64,000 nucleotides of DNA from contig CAWAXX010000023.1 of assembly GCA_963786105.1 (NCBI GenBank), forward strand, positions 96,001 to 160,000, written 5' to 3'. Within the stretch, counting starts at the first letter, position 1. The number at the start of each line of letters is the position of its first letter. Under the pieces are notes generated by a model, which worked only from the letters and a program-made list of their open reading frames with translations, was not told where the DNA came from and did not search any database. A program made the translations under genes and the position numbers. Below, in pieces: positions 49,995-60,109 of the stretch. The DNA is from Vulcanimicrobiota bacterium (GTDB lineage Bacteria > Vulcanimicrobiota > Vulcanimicrobiia > Vulcanimicrobiales > Vulcanimicrobiaceae).

Positions 49995-50627
49995 ATGGAG
50001 AGCCTCCAACATTTCGTGGTCGGCTTGGTCGACCACTACGGGTATTTCGGTTTGTTCCTGGCGCTGACGGCGGGCAACGTCGGAGCCCCCGTCGGCAGCG
50101 AAATCGTGCTGCCGGTCGCCGGCGCCTTGACGGCCACCGGCCACCTGAGCATGCTGTGGCTGACCGTCGCCGTCGCCGTTGCGGGCGAACTGGCCGGCGA
50201 ATCGATTGCGTATGCGGTCGGCCGATACGGCGGCGTTCCGGTCATCGAGCGTTTCGGGAAATACGTCGGGTTGCATCACGAACATCTCGGACGCATCCAC
50301 GGATTTTTCGAGCGCTACGGAACGTTCGCCATCTTCATTTGCCGCTTTTTGCCGGTGATTCGCGGCATTGCCGGCTTTCCCGCAGGCATCGCCGAGATGA
50401 ATTTGGCGCATTTCTACGTGTGGACGTTTCTCGGATCGTTGATCTTTTGCGGCGCGATGATCGGGCTCGGCTTTGCGTTAGGCGATCATCTCGATACGGT
50501 TTTGCCGCTACTTCATCGTGGGGGCGTCGTGCTGGCGATCGTTGCGGTCGTGGCAATCGTGGCCGCTATACTGGTCGTGCGCGTCCGTTCACGTAAAAGT
50601 CGGGTTGCGTCCGTGGAGGGGGAATAG
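49995..50627 (+). CDS. DedA family membrane protein
   Basis: PVGSEIVLP, YAVGR.GG, FERYG and RFLPVIR motifs. Confidence 0.92.
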   Translation: MESLQHFVVGLVDHYGYFGLFLALTAGNVGAPVGSEIVLPVAGALTATGHLSMLWLTVAVAVAGELAGESIAYAVGRYGGVPVIERFGKYVGLHHEHLGRIHGFFERYGTFAIFICRFLPVIRGIAGFPAGIAEMNLAHFYVWTFLGSLIFCGAMIGLGFALGDHLDTVLPLLHRGGVVLAIVAVVAIVAAILVVRVRSRKSRVASVEGE

Positions 50628-50643
50628 CCGCCAAGAGAAGCCG

Positions 50644-52605
50644 ATGATCACCCGCGAACAAACCTTGTCGCAGATACCGGATGCGCCCGGCGTCTATCTC
50701 ATGATCGGCCGCGAGGGCGACATTCTCTATATCGGGAAAGCCGTTTCGCTCCGCAATCGCGTGCGGTCGTACTTCCAGGAAAGCGCCGCGCACCACATAC
50801 GCACCGTCGCGATGGTGGATCGGGTCGCCGACGTGCGGACCATCGTCGTCACCAACGAAGTCGAGGCCTTAATCCTCGAGGCCAATCTGATCAAGCGGCA
50901 TCAACCGCCGTTCAACGTCAGGCTTCGCGACGACAAACGCTACCCGTACCTGAAGGTGACCAACGAGCGCTATCCGCGCGTCGTCTTCACTCGAATGGTC
51001 AAAGACGACGGGGCGCGCTATTTCGGCCCGTATACCAACGCGCACGGCTTGCGCGAGCTGATCGACTTGGTGCGTCTCGTCTTTCCGCTGCGCACCTGTC
51101 GCGAACCGATCGACGGGCGGCGCAAGCGACCCTGCCTGCAATACCATATCAAGCGCTGCCTCGCGCCGTGCGTCGGCTATCAGTCCGAAACCGACTACGA
51201 CGGCATGATCGGCGAGGTTGTGCTGTTCCTGGAAGGGAAGCAAGACTCGCTGCTGGCGCGTCTGCAGAGCGAGATGACCGAAGCGGCCGAGCATTTCAAC
51301 TTTGAGGCAGCCGCGCGGCTTCGCGACCGCATCGTACACGTGCGGCGGGTCACCGAAGGTCAGAAAGTCGTATGGAAGTCGCGCCTCGACATGGATCTCG
51401 TGGCGATTGCGCGGGCTCGCGGGCAGGCATGCATGCAAGTCTTCCTGGTGCGCGGCGGCAAGTTGATCGGTCAGGAACACTTCATTCTCGACGGCGTTCA
51501 CGATCAGTCCGACTCGACCTTGATGAGCGAGTTCCTGAAGCAGTTTTATACCGCACGCACTGCAGGCGCGCCCGAAGGTAACGGCATTTCGCTTGCGCGC
51601 ATCGCCCGCGACAATCAAGCTCCCGTGCCTCTGAAGGCGCGTGCGCGCACGACTCCCGCCAACGCGAGTGCGGTCCCGAAAGAAGTGCTGACGGAGCAGC
51701 TGCCGGACGAGCGCTCGACGATCCAGACGTGGTTATCGTCGATCAAGGGGCAGCGAGTTCGGATCCTGCAACCGCTGCGGGGAGCGCGAGCCGAGTACAT
51801 GCGCCTGGTGCGCGAAAACGCCGAGCAGAATCTCAAGGCCTTTTTGGCGCATCAAGAGGTGCAGGAGACCGCGCACGCGCGCGCCCTGGCCGAACTCGCC
51901 GACGCCCTGGAGCTGCCCGAGTTGCCGCATCGCATCGAATGTTACGACGTGTCGAATATCGGAGGCACGAATCCAGTATCGTCGATGATCGTGTTCGTCG
52001 AAGGGCGAGCGAAGAAGAGCGAGTACCGAAAGTTCAAGATTCAGTACGATCGTGGGCCGAACGATTTTGCGATGATGCAGGAAACGTTGCGGCGGCGATT
52101 GCGATACTTGCGGCGTATCACCGACGAAGATCCGCCGCTCGAGCGGGAGCTGGCGCGCAAAGAGAAGTTCAGTAAGAAGCCGGATCTGCTGCTCATCGAC
52201 GGGGGCAAGGGGCAGTTGAGCGCCGTCGTCGAGGTGATGGAAGAGCTGGACATGACGGGCTTATCGGTCGCCGGCTTGGCAAAAGAGCACGAATGGCTGT
52301 ACCTGCCGGGTCAAGCCGATCCGATCGTGCTACCCCCCAATTCACCGGGGCTACACTTGGTGCAGCGCATTCGGGACGAGGCTCACCGATTCGCCGTCAC
52401 CTACCATCGGCAGCGGCGTGCGAAATCGATGACGCAGTCGGCGCTCGACGCGCTCGAAGGCATCGGGCCGGTGCGCAAGAGGCGGCTGCTGACGGCGTTC
52501 GGTTCGGCCGCTGGGATAAGACGGGCGAGCCTAGGCGAGATCGCCGCCGTCAAAGGCATGACGGCGAGCTTGGCAGCGAAGGTAAAACAGGCGCTCGACT
52601 CCTGA
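50644..52605 (+). CDS. uvrC: Excinuclease ABC subunit C
   Basis: PGVY..YIGKA..LR.RV (GIY-YIG), RIECYD, IDGGKGQL, RDEAHRFA and HhH motifs. Confidence 0.97.
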   Translation: MITREQTLSQIPDAPGVYLMIGREGDILYIGKAVSLRNRVRSYFQESAAHHIRTVAMVDRVADVRTIVVTNEVEALILEANLIKRHQPPFNVRLRDDKRYPYLKVTNERYPRVVFTRMVKDDGARYFGPYTNAHGLRELIDLVRLVFPLRTCREPIDGRRKRPCLQYHIKRCLAPCVGYQSETDYDGMIGEVVLFLEGKQDSLLARLQSEMTEAAEHFNFEAAARLRDRIVHVRRVTEGQKVVWKSRLDMDLVAIARARGQACMQVFLVRGGKLIGQEHFILDGVHDQSDSTLMSEFLKQFYTARTAGAPEGNGISLARIARDNQAPVPLKARARTTPANASAVPKEVLTEQLPDERSTIQTWLSSIKGQRVRILQPLRGARAEYMRLVRENAEQNLKAFLAHQEVQETAHARALAELADALELPELPHRIECYDVSNIGGTNPVSSMIVFVEGRAKKSEYRKFKIQYDRGPNDFAMMQETLRRRLRYLRRITDEDPPLERELARKEKFSKKPDLLLIDGGKGQLSAVVEVMEELDMTGLSVAGLAKEHEWLYLPGQADPIVLPPNSPGLHLVQRIRDEAHRFAVTYHRQRRAKSMTQSALDALEGIGPVRKRRLLTAFGSAAGIRRASLGEIAAVKGMTASLAAKVKQALDS

Positions 52606-52668
52606 GGGACGAAGGGTTTCGGCAATTCCACTGCTTCTTGGAATTCGCGAGAAGAAAGGGGAGAACCG

Positions 52669-53037
52669 TTGCATTTACTCTTTCGGTTCATCGTCAACGC
52701 GATTGCGTTGTACCTCATTGCCAAGTACGTTCCGGGCTTCAATCACGACGCGGGCATTTGGACGGCAGTAATCGCCGCCATCATCTTCGGACTCGTCAAC
52801 GCCGTGATCGGGCCAATCCTGCGTCTCATCACGCTTCCTTTGACGGTGGTGACGCTCGGATTGTTCTCGTTCGTGGTCAACTACATACTCTTTGCCCTCA
52901 CCGTCTGGATCACGCCCGGTCTTCATACGACCGGCGAGATCAACCCGTGGCTGGCAAATCTCTACGGCGCGATTATCATGACGATCGTTTCGACGATTAT
53001 GCATCAGACGTCGCGCTCCGAAGCGTCCGCAGCTTAG
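52669..53037 (+). CDS. YvlD/DUF360 (holin-4-like) membrane protein
   Basis: GLVNAVIGPILRLITLPL..TLGLF..VVN. Confidence 0.85.
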   Translation: MHLLFRFIVNAIALYLIAKYVPGFNHDAGIWTAVIAAIIFGLVNAVIGPILRLITLPLTVVTLGLFSFVVNYILFALTVWITPGLHTTGEINPWLANLYGAIIMTIVSTIMHQTSRSEASAA

Positions 53038-53045
53038 GGAGCCCA

Positions 53046-53126
53046 GATTTATCCCAGCTCGTCGTTGCCAAGGCTCGCGTTTGCCAAAGTAAACGTCGGG
53101 CCTTGACTCCTCGAGCTGGAAAAATC
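53046..53126. repeat. Long imperfect hairpin, family B, copy 2
   Basis: Stacked stems CCAGCTCG/CGAGCTGG, CAAGGCTCG/CGGGCCTTG and CGTTTGC/GTAAACG. Confidence 0.65.
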
Positions 53127-53182
53127 CGCCCTCCCCGAAACCCTTGCTCCCGTCAAGGGAGTTATGTAGCTGGCACGATCGA

Positions 53183-53537
53183 GGGGCTGAAATAGGTTCG
53201 ACAGGAAGGTCCGCGGTCGGCGTCAGCAGGCGGAGTTGCGAGCACTCCTTAAACGATCGCAACGGCAATATCTGCCAACAATCAATACGCACTGGCTGCC
53301 TAATCTAGGTTAGTCACCGGACGCGGAGGGTCGGCCCGAGCCGCTCCGCATTCCGGCCGAAAACTCGGGCTGGTACGCGCACCTGATCCGACGCGCGTGC
53401 GAGATCAAGGATCTGCGGCGAACGGCAAGCCCCGCTTTGAGGCGTCCGCTCGAACAAGCAAAAATCAGAGCTGAGCCTGGAGAACGCGCCGGTTAGGCTT
53501 CTTGGACTCGGGGGGCAGCACCCCGACAGCTCCACCA
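53183..53537 (+). ncRNA. ssrA: tmRNA, tag reading frame ANNQYALAA at 53274-53303
   Basis: 5' GGGGCTGAAATAGGTTCGAC; 3' CAGCTCCACCA; tag ends in ALAA-stop. Confidence 0.95.
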
Positions 53538-53554
53538 CTTTACTCGGACGTTTG

Positions 53555-53595
53555 CATCAAAAAAGAAACCGCTCGTCGCGGTTTCTTTTTTGATG
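53555..53595. terminator. Bidirectional rho-independent terminator
   Basis: CATCAAAAAAGAAACCGC-tcgtc-GCGGTTTCTTTTTTGATG between ssrA and a convergent gene. Confidence 0.88.
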
Positions 53596-53606
53596 TCGGG
53601 GTACCC

Positions 53607-54569
53607 TTAGACCGGCGGCGGTGCCGCCGCCGACGGTTTGGGTGGTCCGTTCAGCGGTATCAGATCCAGCGTAACGGTGTCGAGCCGGTACGAACCCTCG
53701 CCGACGTTACTGTTCGGATTCGCGCATACGACGCTGTTCTCAGGTCCGTAGACGACGACGAGACCCGCCGGCCCGCACTGCGTCTGCGTCAACTGATACG
53801 TCGTCAAAAAGCTCGCGCCGGGAGTGTCGGGCTGCACCTCATAGGAGTTATAGGTGACCTCGTCTTCGACGATCGATCCGTAAACCGCCGCCGACGTTGC
53901 GCCGATCGCCATCGCCCCCCAGAAACCGCCGCCCCAATAGTACGGCGCTGGAGCCCACATCATCCCACCGTTCCAACCGTAATATCCGCCGCCGCCGTAC
54001 ACCGGATTGTTGATGATGGTATTTCCGCCTCCGCCGTTGATCACGTTGTTGCCGCCTCCGCCGCTGGGGCGGTTCGCGCCACCTGCGCCTCCGGGGCGTC
54101 CTGCTCCACCGGCTCCGCCGGGTCCACCGACGCCGCCCGGACCACCAGGACGTCCAGCGCCGCCGGGACCACCGGCGCCGCCCGGACCACCAGGACGTCC
54201 AGCTCCGCCGGCACCGCCGACGCCACCGGCACCACCAACGCCGCCTGGCCGTCCGACGCCGCCCGGACCTCCGGGCCCTCCGGTTCCGGGAAGCGGGTTG
54301 GGTCGCTGTGCCATGCCGGGGCGGCCGCCGCCCCCGCCGCGCGAAAAGTCCGAACCGCCGAGATTGAACCCTCCGCCGCCTCCGCGTGCGCCGCCGCCGC
54401 CGCCGCGCGACATTCCGCCGCCGCCGCCGCCGCGCGACATTCCGCCACCGCGCGCGCCGCCTCCGCCGCGTCCGCCGCCGCCGCCGCGTCCTCCGCCACG
54501 TTGCGCGTCGGCCGTAACGCACATTTGAAACGTCAAAACGAGGGTCAGAAAGATCGTAAGATATCTCAT
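53607..54569 (-). CDS. Secreted Gly-rich repeat protein with a small C-terminal Cys-pair domain
   Basis: Signal peptide (ADA-Q); RGGGGG and GGPGGAGRP repeats; YYGW/YWGGGFWG segment. Confidence 0.75.
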   Translation of the reverse strand: MRYLTIFLTLVLTFQMCVTADAQRGGGRGGGGGRGGGGARGGGMSRGGGGGGMSRGGGGGARGGGGGFNLGGSDFSRGGGGGRPGMAQRPNPLPGTGGPGGPGGVGRPGGVGGAGGVGGAGGAGRPGGPGGAGGPGGAGRPGGPGGVGGPGGAGGAGRPGGAGGANRPSGGGGNNVINGGGGNTIINNPVYGGGGYYGWNGGMMWAPAPYYWGGGFWGAMAIGATSAAVYGSIVEDEVTYNSYEVQPDTPGASFLTTYQLTQTQCGPAGLVVVYGPENSVVCANPNSNVGEGSYRLDTVTLDLIPLNGPPKPSAAAPPPV

Positions 54570-55024
54570 TGCTTTATCACCTGATCGATGCGCCCGCGAA
54601 CGCTAATGACGGTGCCGTTTCTAGTCGACAATGCGAGCAAAATGCTGTGCGGTGGGAGCTTCGCCGAAGATCGCGAGAGCGGTTGTGGCGCGTCGTCATA
54701 GTTCAAGTAAATGGTACCGCTTTTGAGATTCAGCGCGCGACTCGCGCCGTTTTGCACGAGAGCCGCCGACGTCGGCAGGCAGACGATGATTTTCCCTTGG
54801 TACGAGCACGCGGCGCGGTCGACCACGATCGTCCCATCCCCGTCTTCCGACGTTAAAAAGAGCGAGCCGGAAAATACTCGAACGTCGACGTCGTTGTAGC
54901 TGTCCCGGGTGCCGTCCGTATGATGGATCGTGATCGTGCCGGTGGCTTTTGCTGAGGCCGAACTCGCGGCAAAGCAAACGGCGACAGCTAATATCGCTAT
55001 AACGCCCCTTGGCGATAGGAACAT
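54566..55024 (-). CDS. Secreted hypothetical protein
   Basis: Signal peptide, beta-rich body; stop overlaps the next ATG. Confidence 0.7.
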   Translation of the reverse strand: MFLSPRGVIAILAVAVCFAASSASAKATGTITIHHTDGTRDSYNDVDVRVFSGSLFLTSEDGDGTIVVDRAACSYQGKIIVCLPTSAALVQNGASRALNLKSGTIYLNYDDAPQPLSRSSAKLPPHSILLALSTRNGTVISVRGRIDQVIKQ

Positions 55025-55170
55025 CGTATAAGATCCTCCTTGGAAAGCCCGTCCTTTCGCATTTCTGCGTGAAAACCTCGGGAGGCTAGCGCGCCTTCTT
55101 CCCAAAACTTGCCACTGCGGCCCCAGGATTGGCACGACAAACTATGCTTGACTTCGTGGAGCGAGGCTCG

Positions 55171-57909
55171 ATGGCGAAGGCGGTTCCCTCTCTCGATAAA
55201 CGAGAAACCGACAGACTCGCGCAGGCGCGGTCGAACGGCGTGCCTTGGAAGAAGTGGGGTCCTTACTTGAGCGAGCGGCAGTGGGGGACCGTTCGCGAAG
55301 ATTACAGCGAGGACGGCAGTGCGTGGGATTATTTCCCGCACGACCACGCGCGTTCGCGTGCCTACCGCCGTGGCGAGGACGGTATCGCCGGCTTCTCGGA
55401 CGACAAGCAGCAACTTTGCTTTGCCGTAGCGTTCTGGAATGGCCGGGATCCGATCCTTAAGGAGCGGCTTTTCGGGCTTACCAATTCCGAGGGCAACCAC
55501 GGCGAGGACGTCAAGGAGTACTATTACTACCTCGACTCGACGCCGACGCACTCGTACATGAAATACTTGTACAAGTACCCGCAGGCCGCCTACCCCTACG
55601 CCGAGCTCGTCGCAACCAATCGAAGCCGGTCTCGAAGCGATCCCGAGTTCGAGCTGATCGACACGGGCATTTTTGACGACGATCGCTACTTCGACATATT
55701 CGTAGAATACGCTAAAGCAGAACCGGAAGACGTCGTCATCCGGATCGTCGTTGCGAATCGCGGCGAAGACGCTGCGGAGTTGCACGTTCTGCCGACGCTA
55801 TGGTTTCGCAACACGTGGAGTTGGAAACCGGGAATCGCGAAGCCCTCGATCGCGCGCGCCGAAGATGGCGATGGTGGTGTGGTCGCGCGGCACGAGAGAT
55901 TGGGTGAATTCCGGCTCGTCTGTGACGAGGACGTGCCCTTCCTTTTTACCGAAAATGAAACGAACGACGAGCGCCTCTTCGGCAGGCCGAACAAATCTCG
56001 GTTCGTCAAGGACGGCATCGATAACGCGATCGTGCACGGCGATGCCGGCGCGGTGAACGCCGAGGGTGGAACGAAAGCCGCGGCGCACTACGCGATCTCG
56101 GTCGAAGGAAAATCGGAAAGAGTCGTCCGGTTGCGGATGACCGCAAAGAAAGCGGCTCGCAACGCTGCGGCCGCCCAAGCCGTGGATCGCATTTTCCGCG
56201 ACCGTATCGCCGAGGCGGACGCATTTTACGCCCCGCTTACCAGCGGCTTGAGTGCCGACGAGGCACTCGTGATGCGCCAGTCTCTTGCCGGCATGCTATG
56301 GTCCAAGCAATACTACAATTTCGACGTCGGCGAGTGGCTAAGGGAGCGCGGCTACGGCAGCAGTAGAGAGAAGAACCGGCGCCGTTCTAGGAACGACGAG
56401 TGGTCCCACATGATTAACGACGACGTTATCTCGATGCCCGACAAGTGGGAATATCCGTGGTATGCGGCCTGGGACCTTGCCTTTCACACGATTCCACTGG
56501 CGTTGGTCGATGCGGATTTCGCGAAATCGCAGTTGGATCTGATCCTGCGCGAATTGTACCTTCACCCGAACGGCCAGCTCCCTGCCTACGAATGGAACTT
56601 CGGCGACGTCAATCCCCCCGTGCACGCCTTTGCGGTGAAACTCGTCTACGATATCGAGAAAGCTAAGAACGGGAAAGGAGACGCGACGTTCTTGGTACGA
56701 GCGTTCGAAAAGCTATGCCTCAACTTTACGTGGTGGGTCAATAGGAAAGACCAAGACGGGAACAGCGTATTCGAAGGCGGCTTTCTCGGGCTGGACAATA
56801 TCGGCGTCTTCGACCGGAGCTCGCCGCTTCCAACCGGTGGCACGCTCGAGCAGGCGGACGGCACGGCGTGGATGCTCTTCTACGCGCTGAGCATGTTCGA
56901 AATTGCGTGCGAGCTCGCGGCACTCGAGCCTGGCTTTACCGATATGGTCCTGAAATTTGCCGAGCACGCCCTATGGATCGCCCTCGCCGTGCGAGGCTCG
57001 TACGGCGCGGAGGGTTCGATGTGGGACGACGAAGACGGATTCTTCTACGACGTCTTGCGTTTGCCCGATGGGTCTGCGACCACTCTGCGAGTTCGCTCGC
57101 TCGTCGGTTTGATCCCGATGGCGGCGGTCATGGCGGTCGATCGAAAACTCGTAGAGCACGTCCCCTCCGCGGTCGAGCGGTTCAGGGAGAGAATCCGGCA
57201 CAATCCGGAACTAGCGACGTATTTCCCAAACGTCGGGAAGACCGGAGCGAACGGAACGTCGATATTTTCCCTCGCCGATCGAACGGTACTGTCGCGCATT
57301 CTCTCGCGTATGCTCGACGAGGCGGAGTTTTGGAGTCCTTACGGCATACGCTCGCTGTCCCGCTACCACCTCGAACACCCTTACGCGTTCAACGTGTCCG
57401 GAACGGAATATCGGGTGCAATACCGGCCTGCCGAATCCGATTCGGGACTCTTCGGCGGAAACTCGAACTGGCGCGGTCCGATATGGATGCCGATAAACGC
57501 CATCATCGTGCGAGCACTGTTCCAATACTATCGATTTTTCGGCGACGATTTCAAGATCGCGTGCCCGACGGGCTCCGGGCGCGAAATGACGCTCTTCGAA
57601 ATAGGGCAAGAGCTGATCGATCGTCTTACGCGCACCTTTCTGCGCGACGAGAGCGGACGACGCCCCGTCTTCGGCGGTGCGCGTAAATTCCAAGAGGACC
57701 CGCATTGGCGCGACAACCTGCTGTTTTACGAGTACTTCCACGGCGATAACGGGGCCGGCATCGGTGCGAGCCATCAAACGGGCTGGAGCGGGCTCATCGC
57801 GTATTTGATCCGCGCTCGGCACGACTTGAAGGCAGAAGACTGGCTCGAGCGAGGACGGAACGCCGTTACGAGCCGGATTGCGGGGAGCGCGGCCGGATCG
57901 ACTCGGTAG
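55171..57909 (+). CDS. GH63/MGH1-like (alpha/alpha)6 glucosidase
   Basis: [44 protein letters not shown] and GASHQTGW motifs. Confidence 0.88.
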   Translation: MAKAVPSLDKRETDRLAQARSNGVPWKKWGPYLSERQWGTVREDYSEDGSAWDYFPHDHARSRAYRRGEDGIAGFSDDKQQLCFAVAFWNGRDPILKERLFGLTNSEGNHGEDVKEYYYYLDSTPTHSYMKYLYKYPQAAYPYAELVATNRSRSRSDPEFELIDTGIFDDDRYFDIFVEYAKAEPEDVVIRIVVANRGEDAAELHVLPTLWFRNTWSWKPGIAKPSIARAEDGDGGVVARHERLGEFRLVCDEDVPFLFTENETNDERLFGRPNKSRFVKDGIDNAIVHGDAGAVNAEGGTKAAAHYAISVEGKSERVVRLRMTAKKAARNAAAAQAVDRIFRDRIAEADAFYAPLTSGLSADEALVMRQSLAGMLWSKQYYNFDVGEWLRERGYGSSREKNRRRSRNDEWSHMINDDVISMPDKWEYPWYAAWDLAFHTIPLALVDADFAKSQLDLILRELYLHPNGQLPAYEWNFGDVNPPVHAFAVKLVYDIEKAKNGKGDATFLVRAFEKLCLNFTWWVNRKDQDGNSVFEGGFLGLDNIGVFDRSSPLPTGGTLEQADGTAWMLFYALSMFEIACELAALEPGFTDMVLKFAEHALWIALAVRGSYGAEGSMWDDEDGFFYDVLRLPDGSATTLRVRSLVGLIPMAAVMAVDRKLVEHVPSAVERFRERIRHNPELATYFPNVGKTGANGTSIFSLADRTVLSRILSRMLDEAEFWSPYGIRSLSRYHLEHPYAFNVSGTEYRVQYRPAESDSGLFGGNSNWRGPIWMPINAIIVRALFQYYRFFGDDFKIACPTGSGREMTLFEIGQELIDRLTRTFLRDESGRRPVFGGARKFQEDPHWRDNLLFYEYFHGDNGAGIGASHQTGWSGLIAYLIRARHDLKAEDWLERGRNAVTSRIAGSAAGSTR

Positions 57910-58488
57910 TCATCGGCGATCGATCGATCGCTCGATGCGGCGATCCGGAACCAGCCAGATCGCGGCGACCGCGGCGTACAACGCTTGCGCCACCCAGTTG
58001 TTGACGAACGCCAAACCGATGGCCACCGCGTATAGGCCCAGCGACATGCGGCCCTTAAGGTCGCTTCCGATCGCTCGCGCCAAGACCGAGTCCGCGCCGT
58101 TTGCGGCGACCAGAGCGCCCTGGAGGATGATATACGCGACGGCGGCCAGTGTCAGTACGCATCCGTACACGGCAGTCGGAACGGCGGCGAAATGATTTTC
58201 ACCCATCCAGGCCGTGGTAAACGGGATCAGCGACAGCCAGAAGAGCAGGTGCAGATTGCACCACAGCGTTCGTCCGTCGATTCGGTCGGCTGCGTAGACC
58301 AAATGGTGGTGATTGTTCCAATATATGCCGAGATAGATGAAGCTCAGCACGTAAACCGAGAATATGGGAAGGTTGGCGCGCAGGGCACCTAAGTCCACAC
58401 CGTGCGGCACTTTCATCTCGAGCACCATGATCGTAATGATTACGGCCATGACGCCGTCGCTGAACGCCTCCATCCGGCCTTTGTTCAC
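57910..58488 (-). CDS. TMEM175 family K+ channel
   Basis: RMEAFSDGVMAVIITIMVLE; W.NHH; LIPFTT; GTG start overlapping AraC stop. Confidence 0.9.
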   Translation of the reverse strand: MNKGRMEAFSDGVMAVIITIMVLEMKVPHGVDLGALRANLPIFSVYVLSFIYLGIYWNNHHHLVYAADRIDGRTLWCNLHLLFWLSLIPFTTAWMGENHFAAVPTAVYGCVLTLAAVAYIILQGALVAANGADSVLARAIGSDLKGRMSLGLYAVAIGLAFVNNWVAQALYAAVAAIWLVPDRRIERSIDRR

Positions 58489-59360
58489 GACGACAGGCGC
58501 TGCGTTGATTTCGCGTGTAACGTTTCCGACGGCGTCTCGCCAAACAGGTAACGATAGTCGGACGAGAAGTGGCCCATGTGCCAAAAGCCGTGATCGGCCG
58601 CAACGTCAAAAATGGAGATTCGCAGAGGTTCGCTCTCACGCAGTGCCGTTTGGGCCCGATTCAATCGCAGAATTTTCAAATATCGAATCGGGCTCATCCC
58701 GTAAAGTTTGTTAAAGTAGTTGAGAAGCGTTCGGCGGTGGCAACCTATTCCGCGGCAGATCTCGTTCAGCCCGATGTCGTCGTCGACGTGAGACCACATG
58801 TATCGCTCCGCGGCGCGGGCCATGTCTCGACCGTTTTGGTGTTTAGCCGCCCCGTTCCGAACGCGCAACGCGCGGTCGATCGTGAGGCCGATCGAAGCGA
58901 TTAAGCGGCATTCGGTCGCGGCCGCCTGCAGCCCGATGGGCTCGGACTCCTCGAGGACGTCTGCGACCCGCGACTGCAAGTCTGACGCCGACGGATCGCC
59001 GGCGGGCATCATGGCAACCCACTCGTCACCGGGTCTCAAGCCGGCCGCTCGCCACAACATCGGCACCCTCCGCGCTTCGAACTCTACGAGGGTAAGGATG
59101 AAAGCCTGATCGGAGCAGATTTCGGCCGTCCCGCGGATGACGGCCACGCGATGCTTGAGCCACAACTCGCCATTGAGCCGGGCGACGCCGCGCTGCCTCG
59201 GAAGGAACGCCAGCACGACGTGCGACTCACGAGATTCGATCGTTCCCCGGACGCCGACGTTGTAGACGTCCTGCCGCAAACGCACCGAACGAACGTCGAC
59301 CTGTTTGGAAGTGCCGGCGAGCAGTCCCGGGGCGAGTTGTACGATGCCGCTGAGGTTCAC
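58485..59360 (-). CDS. AraC family transcriptional regulator (EutR-like)
   Basis: C-terminal RTL..F...GMSP..YL...RL and GFWHMGHFS..Y..LFGETPS. Confidence 0.88.
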   Translation of the reverse strand: MNLSGIVQLAPGLLAGTSKQVDVRSVRLRQDVYNVGVRGTIESRESHVVLAFLPRQRGVARLNGELWLKHRVAVIRGTAEICSDQAFILTLVEFEARRVPMLWRAAGLRPGDEWVAMMPAGDPSASDLQSRVADVLEESEPIGLQAAATECRLIASIGLTIDRALRVRNGAAKHQNGRDMARAAERYMWSHVDDDIGLNEICRGIGCHRRTLLNYFNKLYGMSPIRYLKILRLNRAQTALRESEPLRISIFDVAADHGFWHMGHFSSDYRYLFGETPSETLHAKSTQRLSS

Positions 59361-60025
59361 GCGCGTTCCTGTATGCGGCACGGGTATGCGGTAGCTGCGG
59401 CCACCGCCTCGAATGCGGACGTTACGTGAAGGTCGGCTCCGCTCCGCCGCCACCGCAACGATTGGGCGTCGGTTCCGGCTCCACCCACGATCACCAGCGG
59501 CGCTGGGATCGCACGTTTGGCGCGAACCCGCTCAACGGCGCACGTCAGGGTCAGCGCTCCCTCGGAACTGGTGGCGAAGAGAATGAGGACTGCGGGACTG
59601 CTCTGATCGAGCACGCATTCAAAGTCCTCGAGGCTGATATTGGGGCCAAGGTGACACGCGTCGTATCCATCGATCGCAAGAAGGGCTGCGGCGATCCGAA
59701 CCTGCAGTTGCGGAGCTTGCGCGCCGAACGAAGCGCATAACGCGAATCCGTTCGATACCGGCGTCCGCAGCAACGCAGGTTCGAAGAGGGACATGATACG
59801 TTCGGTCGCGTGGGCGACGAATTGAAACCGGGCCGCGCTCAGCGTGCCGCGCGCGTGCCGGCGGCCGGCCTCGTCGAGCGCGGCCGCCAAGATGTCGGTG
59901 TAAATCGATCGGATCGGGATTCCCAGGTCGTGCTGGAGCCAAACGAACCGCCTGGCTTCGGTTTCGCGCCGGTTTCCGAGCAACTCGAGATACGAATACG
60001 CTGCTGAGTCCAACGTGTCGGCCAT
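59357..60025 (-). CDS. Cobalamin-binding-like domain protein (four-helix cap + Rossmann), degenerate
   Basis: IYTDIL..ALDEAG; GYDACHLGPN; VIVGGAG; GAD; cobalt-ligand motifs absent. Confidence 0.65.
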   Translation of the reverse strand: MADTLDSAAYSYLELLGNRRETEARRFVWLQHDLGIPIRSIYTDILAAALDEAGRRHARGTLSAARFQFVAHATERIMSLFEPALLRTPVSNGFALCASFGAQAPQLQVRIAAALLAIDGYDACHLGPNISLEDFECVLDQSSPAVLILFATSSEGALTLTCAVERVRAKRAIPAPLVIVGGAGTDAQSLRWRRSGADLHVTSAFEAVAAATAYPCRIQERA

Positions 60026-60109
60026 CCCCTCCGTCCGGGCCCGCGATCTGGATCCAGGGGCACGGTAACGTACGTCCGTGAAGTTTTTTGCGAAGTACGC
60101 CTTCTCGAT

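Noticed and set aside
52669..53037. Holin as evidence of a prophage
   Set aside because: The YvlD/DUF360 family is commonly chromosomal near uvr genes; no phage genes are present
53502..54584. Pro-rich and Ala-rich ORFs opposite or off-frame to the Gly-rich gene
   Set aside because: Mirror products of GGC repeats; only the minus-strand Gly frame has a signal peptide and a coupled start
60026..60109. Cobalamin riboswitch before the B12-like gene
   Set aside because: No B12-box or GGGAA core seen; spacer too short
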